Source of the DNA: a virus
Lineage: Duplodnaviria; Caudoviricetes
Length of the DNA: 64,000 nt
Direction: 5' to 3' (one strand)
IMG/VR virus record: IMGVR_UViG_3300048881_000780
The notes under the pieces were generated by a model. The model saw only the letters and a list, made by a program, of their open reading frames with translations, was not told the origin of the DNA and ran no database searches. The translations under genes were made by a program, and so were the position numbers. Of this stretch, positions 57,730-64,000 are shown piece after piece. Within the stretch, counting starts at the first letter, position 1. Each line of letters opens with the position of its first letter.

Positions 57730-58574
57730 GTTCTTTTAGATTTGTAATAAATATTCCCAATGATGATACAGTCGTAAGTATGAGAGTTTATGAAGAGTAT
57801 CGTTATAGTTTTAAAGTTAATTGGGGAGATGAATGCTTTGGTAGTTACACTTATCGAAACAAGAGTCGCAACATAATACATCATACTTTTGAAAAAGCTG
57901 GAGAATATACTATTGTAATGAGTGGCAGGATTGGCAAAATCAGAGCGGAGGAAACTTTATTTAAATATATAACTGAGGTTATAGATTTAGGAGATTGTAA
58001 GTGGCAGGATTTATCATTCATGTTCGCTGAATGTAATAATATGGTTAGATTTAAAGGTGGCATTACTTCTGATGTTAAATCAATGGATCATATGTTCACA
58101 GATTGCAAGAAACTGAGTTTTTTAGATATTTCTAGTTTTGACACTTACAATGTAACTAATATGAGAGGTATGTTTACAGGACTCTCCAAACTCAGTCATA
58201 TTGACGTTAGTCACTTCAACACCTTCAATGTTACGGATATGTCGCATATGTTTAGAGGTATGAAATCACTTAGACATTTAAGCATATCTAACTTTCGATT
58301 TAAAGGCCCTGTCAATATGGGCCTTAGTTTTGATGATTTGAACTCCTGTGAGGTATTGGATCTAAGACACTTAGATTTTAGTAAGATAGATCTATACTTA
58401 ATTAATGATGTTAGAAGTTATCAGAACTGTTTTAAGTATGGACCAAAGAAGGTAATTGTTAAGCTAGAGGATTTTTGTAAGTACTTTAAGGGTAATCCGC
58501 GCGTTTACGGATTAGTTGAAGATAGAAGAAAGAATAGCTGGTTAAACTCGCTAGATATCGAGGATTTCAAATGA
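57726..58574 (+). CDS. BspA/DUF285 LRR protein 7
   Basis: VNWGD, FDTYNVTNMRGMF repeats; ends NSWLNSLDIEDFK. Confidence 0.88.
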   Translation: MSSFRFVINIPNDDTVVSMRVYEEYRYSFKVNWGDECFGSYTYRNKSRNIIHHTFEKAGEYTIVMSGRIGKIRAEETLFKYITEVIDLGDCKWQDLSFMFAECNNMVRFKGGITSDVKSMDHMFTDCKKLSFLDISSFDTYNVTNMRGMFTGLSKLSHIDVSHFNTFNVTDMSHMFRGMKSLRHLSISNFRFKGPVNMGLSFDDLNSCEVLDLRHLDFSKIDLYLINDVRSYQNCFKYGPKKVIVKLEDFCKYFKGNPRVYGLVEDRRKNSWLNSLDIEDFK

Positions 58575-58894
58575 AAAAGCAAATTATAAAACTTAATTCC
58601 CACCTAATACCAAAAGTAAAGAGTGCTAGAAAAATGGCCACTACTAGACTTGGAATAAAGAGTAAGTATCATGTGGGCCCATTTGTAATTGAAGATGCGA
58701 GTGATTCCGATAAAATTTATGATTTTTCACTTTATATTTGTAGAATAGAATTAATTCGATTTAAAGAAATTGATATAGATCTCGCGAATGTTGAGGGTTA
58801 CGATTATGTTGATGATTTCAAGGCAGAGTTAGTGAAAATCTACGGAAAGATAAAAGAAAGTGATTTTCTAACGGTGATCTATTTCTCCTCATAA
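58571..58894 (+). CDS. ASCH domain protein
   Basis: VKSARKMATTR and ANVEGY..F..L..IY..VIYF. Confidence 0.8.
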   Translation: MKKQIIKLNSHLIPKVKSARKMATTRLGIKSKYHVGPFVIEDASDSDKIYDFSLYICRIELIRFKEIDIDLANVEGYDYVDDFKAELVKIYGKIKESDFLTVIYFSS

Positions 58895-58899
58895 TTAAA

Positions 58900-59235
58900 T
58901 TACAATATTCTAAAATCCCTATAATCTTCAATATAAACATGAGATATTACACCAAAGTGAAGATCTAGATACTGCTGATACATTGGATAGTCTTCATTTA
59001 CAACTATATCACTATCAACCTGGAAAAAAGGAGTTTTTTCAGATGGCCCCTCTTCACTAACAAGAGCTCTTCTAGAGAATAATATTAAAACCTTTGAATC
59101 TACTAGGCCTTGCTCTTTAAGAATATCCGTTTGTTCTTCGATATACTTATGGGCCTTCCCATAGCTTGTAAAGACTCTCCCTAAAGATTTCGTATCGTTA
59201 TTTTCAAATTGCACAACTATTAATCTCTCGTTCAC
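58900..59235 (-). CDS. hypothetical protein
   Basis: AGGAG RBS with GTG start, CGATAAG element. Confidence 0.55.
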   Translation of the reverse strand: MNERLIVVQFENNDTKSLGRVFTSYGKAHKYIEEQTDILKEQGLVDSKVLILFSRRALVSEEGPSEKTPFFQVDSDIVVNEDYPMYQQYLDLHFGVISHVYIEDYRDFRIL

Positions 59236-59465
59236 AAAGACTCCTATTTGTTAACTTATCGTAATTACTATCTCCTAAAGTAATTCGCGATACTATCCAG
59301 TGATCCTCTTACTAATTAAGACCAGGTTGTATTTACGTACAGTACACTCTAAACAGTTGTTTTCTATATGTATTTAAAATTTTAACACATTTCGTTAAAA
59401 AATAAATTAACAAAGTCATCCTTTCAAACTACAATTAATTAACACGCCACACAAGTGAGAAAATT

Positions 59466-60965
59466 ATGACGACCAACGCTATAACGAATGAGTTATTAGT
59501 CCTCTATTTAGATAATGAAGATGTAATCTACAATCAAGTAAGACAGGCCACTTGCAAAAAACTCAGTAGAGCATTTCTTGGTCAAATTAAAAGAAAATTA
59601 TCTCTTGAATTTGACGATGATAATGGATATCGAAAGCACAAGAAGATTGATTTCAATCTAGAGAATGGCTCCTCTATCTATTTATTGCTAATAAAGAAGT
59701 CTATACCTACTCTCGAGTTATATGAGGCCCTTAGAGATGCTCTAAGTCTACCATTTAAGGCCGGTGGAACATATTCATATAATATCTCAAATATCTCAAT
59801 AGAAGACCAAGAGAGGCTAACTAGAGGTGTATATCAACTTGAAGAGCTCTCTAAATTTCAAATACCTACTAAGAGTAAACATACCAGTAAAAAAGCAAAG
59901 GTAGAGATAAACTCTGGCTTCTATACTGACTTAGCGGATCACGAACTCTATGCGCTAAATAAAGAAAGTACTAGTTTAAGTAAGAATGTTAATCAAGCAA
60001 AATTATTTTGCTACTCTCCTGCCAATATTCTAGACGCTAGAAATTATGTAAAGGAAATTGAAAAGCTAATATCTAAGCAAAAAGATGTTGAATACGAATT
60101 CTTTGATTACGAATGGCTTAAGAAAAATGATTACAATCTATTTCTCGCTGTTTCTCAGGCCGATTTAGACCAGGGCGGAGGTATTGTTAAACTTACTTAT
60201 AGACCTTTAATCAAAGACTCTAAAAGTAAAAAGAATAGACCGCTTGCCATTATTGGAAAAGGAATTGTTTACGATACTGGTGGACTTACAATTAAGCCCG
60301 AAATGGAAGGAATGCATAGAGACATGACAGGTTCCGCGGTTGCACTTGGGACATTCTTGTCTCTTGTTTCGATGAAAGTGAATAAGAATCTCAATTGCTA
60401 TCTTCCAATAACTGAAAATAAGATATCGCAATACGCTTATAGACCAAGTGATATTATTGTAACTAAGAATAAAATATCTGTGGAAGTCGTAGATACTGAT
60501 GCCGAAGGAAGAATGTGTCTGGCCGACTCAATTGCAATGGCCCTAGAAGATAAATGTAGCTCTATTTTTGATTTTGCCACACTAACAGGAACAATACCTG
60601 ACTCAGTTGGAAAGAAGACTGCTGGTATAGCTAGTAATGATAAGAAGATTCGATCTCTAATTGAAGACAGTAGCCATATTTCAGGTGAGAACTTTTGGAA
60701 TTTTCCACTACCTAATTACATTATGGATGACCTACAAAGTACTGACATGGCCGACATTAAACAAAGCTTAACTGAAGAAGGTTGTGATCACATTGTGGGA
60801 GCTCAATTTCTACATTATTTTACTGGGGATACTCCTTGGGCCCATCTAGATTTGTCATGTGAATTCTTGGATGGAGGATTAGGCTTATCAAATACTGAAG
60901 TCACTGCTCATGGATTAGTTTTTGGGTATCACTTGATAAACAAATATATTGAGATGGAGTCATAA
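59466..60965 (+). CDS. pepA: M17 leucyl aminopeptidase
   Basis: GKGIVYDTGG..K..DM, DTDAEGR, ATLTG, WAHLD. Confidence 0.9.
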   Translation: MTTNAITNELLVLYLDNEDVIYNQVRQATCKKLSRAFLGQIKRKLSLEFDDDNGYRKHKKIDFNLENGSSIYLLLIKKSIPTLELYEALRDALSLPFKAGGTYSYNISNISIEDQERLTRGVYQLEELSKFQIPTKSKHTSKKAKVEINSGFYTDLADHELYALNKESTSLSKNVNQAKLFCYSPANILDARNYVKEIEKLISKQKDVEYEFFDYEWLKKNDYNLFLAVSQADLDQGGGIVKLTYRPLIKDSKSKKNRPLAIIGKGIVYDTGGLTIKPEMEGMHRDMTGSAVALGTFLSLVSMKVNKNLNCYLPITENKISQYAYRPSDIIVTKNKISVEVVDTDAEGRMCLADSIAMALEDKCSSIFDFATLTGTIPDSVGKKTAGIASNDKKIRSLIEDSSHISGENFWNFPLPNYIMDDLQSTDMADIKQSLTEEGCDHIVGAQFLHYFTGDTPWAHLDLSCEFLDGGLGLSNTEVTAHGLVFGYHLINKYIEMES

Positions 60966-61187
60966 GTGAAGTTATTTGACGATCTTTTTATTCCCGAAAA
61001 AGGAGTATATGAAACTCCTAGGTCGGCCCTCATAATAAAAGTTCTAAAAGTTTTTAATATTAATAAAGCTAAGAAAACGATTGATTTGAGATACAACATT
61101 TTTAGCAAGTCTGGACTGATTCTTACTAATGCCAAAGTAGAGAGAGTCAAATTAGAAAATATTCAAAGTTGGAAAAAGGTTAAATAA
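60966..61187 (+). CDS. small hypothetical protein
   Basis: GGAG RBS with GTG, tightly packed. Confidence 0.5.
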   Translation: MKLFDDLFIPEKGVYETPRSALIIKVLKVFNINKAKKTIDLRYNIFSKSGLILTNAKVERVKLENIQSWKKVK

Positions 61188-61189
61188 TA

Positions 61190-62164
61190 ATGAAAGAGAA
61201 AGAAAAAACAAATAAATTTTCACTCAAGGAAGCTGGAGAAACAATCTCGGCACTTCTAAAAGTTATCATGTTTGGTTTTATTATATTCTCCTTTAGTAAG
61301 GATCTTAAAAAATCCTTTCATACAGGAGTTCAATTCAAATCAATGAATAAAAATATATTAAGTAAGCAAAATAGCTTTTTTAAAAAAATTGGCAGAAGAC
61401 CAAGTTCAACTCCTCTAGAGTCTCCTAGCATGAAAACTTTTGTTATAGACTTTAAAGGAAATATCCCCAAATTTATTAAAGAAGTTGAATTTCTACTCCC
61501 CGCTTTAGATAGAGTAGATACCGTTATTGTAAAGATCGAAAGCCCTGGCGGGTCAGTCGTTGACTACTCACTGGCAACTTATCACCTAGAAAGATTAAAA
61601 ATGACGGGGGTTCATTTAGTGGCCTCTATTGATCGTGTCGCAGCTAGCGGTGGTTATATGATGGCAGTGGTTGCTGATGAAATCTATGCTACCCCACACT
61701 CTATTGTTGGAAGTATTGGCGTTGTGAATTCATTTCCAAATTTCTCTAAGGCCCTATCTAAATTAGGGGTTACTTGGAAGGAATATACCGCTGGAAGTAG
61801 CAAGAGAACCGCTGGAGTATTTAGGAAAATGAGTCCTGAAGATGATAAAAAAATGAAGGAGAAATTAGAGGAAATGCACCTAAGTTTTATTGATCACATT
61901 AAGAATTATAGACGAATTGATGAAAGTAAAGTGGCAACTGGTGATTATTGGTACTCATCTATCTCAATGGATAAGAATTTAAATCTAGTTGATGAAATTA
62001 AATCAAGTTCTGAAGTTATTAGTGAGCACTTAGAATATACCGAAGTTATCGAAGTTGTTACCGTTGAACAGCAGGGTCTATTTGGTGGTGCAACGAGAGC
62101 TATGGTTAAAGCATTTATTGAACAAATTACAATTTCTCTCAATCTCAACAGGGCCTATCTATGA
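61190..62164 (+). CDS. sohB: S49 peptidase SohB-like
   Basis: N-terminal TM; IESPGG, VAASGGYMMA, GSIGVV, VATGDYW. Confidence 0.9.
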   Translation: MKEKEKTNKFSLKEAGETISALLKVIMFGFIIFSFSKDLKKSFHTGVQFKSMNKNILSKQNSFFKKIGRRPSSTPLESPSMKTFVIDFKGNIPKFIKEVEFLLPALDRVDTVIVKIESPGGSVVDYSLATYHLERLKMTGVHLVASIDRVAASGGYMMAVVADEIYATPHSIVGSIGVVNSFPNFSKALSKLGVTWKEYTAGSSKRTAGVFRKMSPEDDKKMKEKLEEMHLSFIDHIKNYRRIDESKVATGDYWYSSISMDKNLNLVDEIKSSSEVISEHLEYTEVIEVVTVEQQGLFGGATRAMVKAFIEQITISLNLNRAYL

Positions 62165-62325
62165 TTTTTATTATTCTATTTGATTTAATTTCTAATTCTA
62201 CTACCTCTGAGAATCTCAGTGATAAAGATGTGAAGATGCTCTATTATATTGGTATTATTGAGCTAATTTTAGAAGTTATGTTTCTTCTTATTTATCTGGC
62301 CCATAGACTCTCAATTTCTCCGTGA
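62161..62325 (+). CDS. 54-aa membrane peptide not in ORF track
   Basis: ATGA overlap with sohB stop; hydrophobic C-terminal half. Confidence 0.4.
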   Translation: MIFIILFDLISNSTTSENLSDKDVKMLYYIGIIELILEVMFLLIYLAHRLSISP

Positions 62326-62360
62326 GAAATACGATAAGTTTATATAAATAGGAGTAAATT

Positions 62361-62846
62361 ATGGCAAAAGAAAATAAGAAGTATATAGATGCGTGTGCAG
62401 ACTATATTCTAAGTCAAGATCACGAATTTAAAAACTATCTAGACACCAAGAGGGAAAATGGTGAAAATCCTCTCATTATTGAAGATTCCCATATCTATAT
62501 TTGTGCCTCGCTACTTAAATTTAAGGTTTATACCGTATTTGATAATATTAGATCAGAGGCCTCAGTAAAGGAAATGATTGAAGCCTATCATCACTATCTG
62601 ATTAATGAGGATGATGAGTTAGGAATTGGCGCCATCTTAGAGGGATATGAGCTAGATGGAATTATCGCTGAAGCAATGGAATATCTCTGTGAAGAAAAGG
62701 GATTTAGCTTTAAGAGTGACAAGGCTGACTATGTACCTACTATAGATGAATTAGATAATTTAAATGGCCTATATGAAGAGACTACTAGACAGGCCATTCA
62801 AATACTTTCTTTTGCAATAAAGAGAAAAAGTGAAGGATTTCTATGA
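62361..62846 (+). CDS. hypothetical acidic protein
   Basis: TCAA-N15-TACGATAA sigma28-like promoter, AGGAG RBS. Confidence 0.6.
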   Translation: MAKENKKYIDACADYILSQDHEFKNYLDTKRENGENPLIIEDSHIYICASLLKFKVYTVFDNIRSEASVKEMIEAYHHYLINEDDELGIGAILEGYELDGIIAEAMEYLCEEKGFSFKSDKADYVPTIDELDNLNGLYEETTRQAIQILSFAIKRKSEGFL

Positions 62847-63130
62847 TTAAATCTAAGAAGAAAATCATTATTGAAACTAAAAACGGTGATCGTTACTTAA
62901 TTTCTGCTCATGAAGTTATTTCCGATCGAGCAACTTATTACAGTGAACGAGATCACGATTGTGATTTTGATGAAGTTTACGAAGAGACTGAAGCTGAAGA
63001 TTTTGAAATGACTGAGTGGCTCAGTAATAATATGGAGTGGGACGAGTGCAAAACCCTTAAAAAACTACCAAGAGAAGAAATTTCTCCAAAAGATGCTTTT
63101 ATTGAAAGTATCGAGGTGGTTAATGACTAA
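62843..63130 (+). CDS. hypothetical phage-like protein
   Basis: ATGA overlap; RATYY..EWLSNNMEWDE. Confidence 0.55.
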   Translation: MIKSKKKIIIETKNGDRYLISAHEVISDRATYYSERDHDCDFDEVYEETEAEDFEMTEWLSNNMEWDECKTLKKLPREEISPKDAFIESIEVVND

Positions 63131-63132
63131 TT

Positions 63133-63507
63133 ATGAAACAAAATAAACTTGAAGTTAAGTTGTCGAGAATTAGTAAATCTCTTAAAGGAATTAAAGAGAA
63201 GTTTAATCTATCTTGGTCAGAACTTCATTCTATGACTCATGTTTCAAAAACCAGCCTAAAAAGATGGATCAAAGAACCACCAAAGAATCCAAATACTCTA
63301 ACTCTTAATAGCTTAAATGCTTTTGTAGTTATGGATAAACTTTTGATGAATATATACTCAAGTCAAAAAGAGCAAGTAGTGTGGTTAGATAGTCCTCACC
63401 CTTATTTTGACAACAAAACTCCTAGAAGCTTATTAAGTGAGTCCCCTGCTAATGTCATTTATCTAAGGGATTACTTAGCAACTGAAAGTAGAATATTAAT
63501 GAGTTAA
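63133..63507 (+). CDS. Xre-HTH + MbcA/ParS-like antitoxin
   Basis: HTH VSKTSLKRW plus WLDSPHPYFDNKTPRSLL..LRDYL. Confidence 0.75.
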   Translation: MKQNKLEVKLSRISKSLKGIKEKFNLSWSELHSMTHVSKTSLKRWIKEPPKNPNTLTLNSLNAFVVMDKLLMNIYSSQKEQVVWLDSPHPYFDNKTPRSLLSESPANVIYLRDYLATESRILMS

Positions 63508-63648
63508 CTTAAGGACTATTTATTCAGGTAATAAGAGAAAAGGCATTTCTTGAGTCTTGGTTGTCACTGAGTTGAAATCTTATTAGAAATAATATATGAA
63601 TATATAAGGTTTTAAACGTAAACATTTTAACACTTATAAAAAAACCTA

Positions 63649-63682
63649 AAAAGAGGAGAATTTTATAGTTCTCCTTTTTTTT
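63649..63682. terminator. bidirectional intrinsic terminator
   Basis: AGGAGAA-TTTTATAG-TTCTCCTTTTTTTT. Confidence 0.65.
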
Positions 63683-63998
63683 ATATCGTTAAATTGAAGT
63701 CCTCTAGAATCTCTTTATACCATGGTTGAAAAGATGCCCAACGATAGTATTGTGGTAGTTCTTTAAACCAGTGGGAAATAGATTGTATCTCTTTTTTAGA
63801 CAATAGGAACTCTAGATGCTTTCTGTTTTTTACAATATATTTTGATTCAATGTGATACTCAGTTATTAAAATATCAGTAACTTTTAAACTACGTGCTCTA
63901 TTATATGTTTTTGGGCTGGTTGATGCCCACTCACTGACTGTAATGTACTTATATTTTTCTAAATGATTTCTAATTTCATTTATTTGTAGTTGCCTTTT
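63681..63998 (-). CDS. partial CDS (3' end) running in from the window edge
   Basis: open frame ..VSEWASTSPKTYNRAR..ISHWFKELPQYYRWA..WYKEIL, resembling the helicase C-terminal repeats. Confidence 0.55.
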   Translation of the reverse strand, partial: KRQLQINEIRNHLEKYKYITVSEWASTSPKTYNRARSLKVTDILITEYHIESKYIVKNRKHLEFLLSKKEIQSISHWFKELPQYYRWASFQPWYKEILEDFNLTI

Positions 63999-64000
63999 GT

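Noticed and set aside
45150-58574. BspA paralogs as targets of a diversity-generating retroelement or shufflon
   Set aside because: No reverse transcriptase or invertase in the window and no near-identical template/variable repeat pair was seen.
2176-59398. 17-bp palindromes as integron attC, dif/Xer or CRISPR repeats
   Set aside because: Too short, no attC bulged stem, no 6-bp dif core, irregular spacing, no recombinase or cas gene, and they coincide with promoter elements.
453-62148. Short antisense or overlapping ORFs in the track (e.g. 453-695, 3137-3349, 9760-9966, 32630-33103, 45063-45305, 51843-52103, 61945-62148)
   Set aside because: Shadow frames of longer motif-supported genes, with no RBS or recognisable motifs.

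Overview
AT-rich (roughly 30% GC by eye), gene-dense window with frequent strand switching. It has no rRNA, no convincing tRNA, no CRISPR array, no transposase or integrase and no virion genes. It mixes host-like genes (ssb, ClpA-like ATPase, ScpB-like, HD-GYP, two-component pair, M17 aminopeptidase, SohB, lytic transglycosylase) with phage/plasmid-type genes (dNMP kinase, C5 methyltransferase, SF2 helicase, RNase H, DEDDh exonuclease, SLOG/DprA-like, NADAR-macrodomain, Ham1, ASCH, SprT-DUF2786) and many small orphans. The best fit is the accessory region of a large extrachromosomal element (megaplasmid or jumbo-phage-like) of a Bdellovibrionota/Bacteriovoracaceae-like host; this is an inference. 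Structure found beyond the ORF track: (1) seven signal-peptide-less BspA/DUF285 LRR paralogs, six of which, plus unrelated small proteins, share a terminal tag [NH]-x-W-[LF]-x-[SA]-[LI]; (2) a 17-bp palindrome TTRAC-R-N5-Y-GTYAA at about 29 mostly intergenic sites, often overlapping sigma70 promoters; (3) two paralogous ~90-nt sRNA genes with covarying stems, an anti-Shine-Dalgarno segment and a (UG)n tract; (4) ten sigma28-like CGATAAG elements just upstream of genes; (5) a helicase that must start at a non-canonical, probably AUU, codon; (6) a set of candidate ADP-ribosylation writer and eraser genes.
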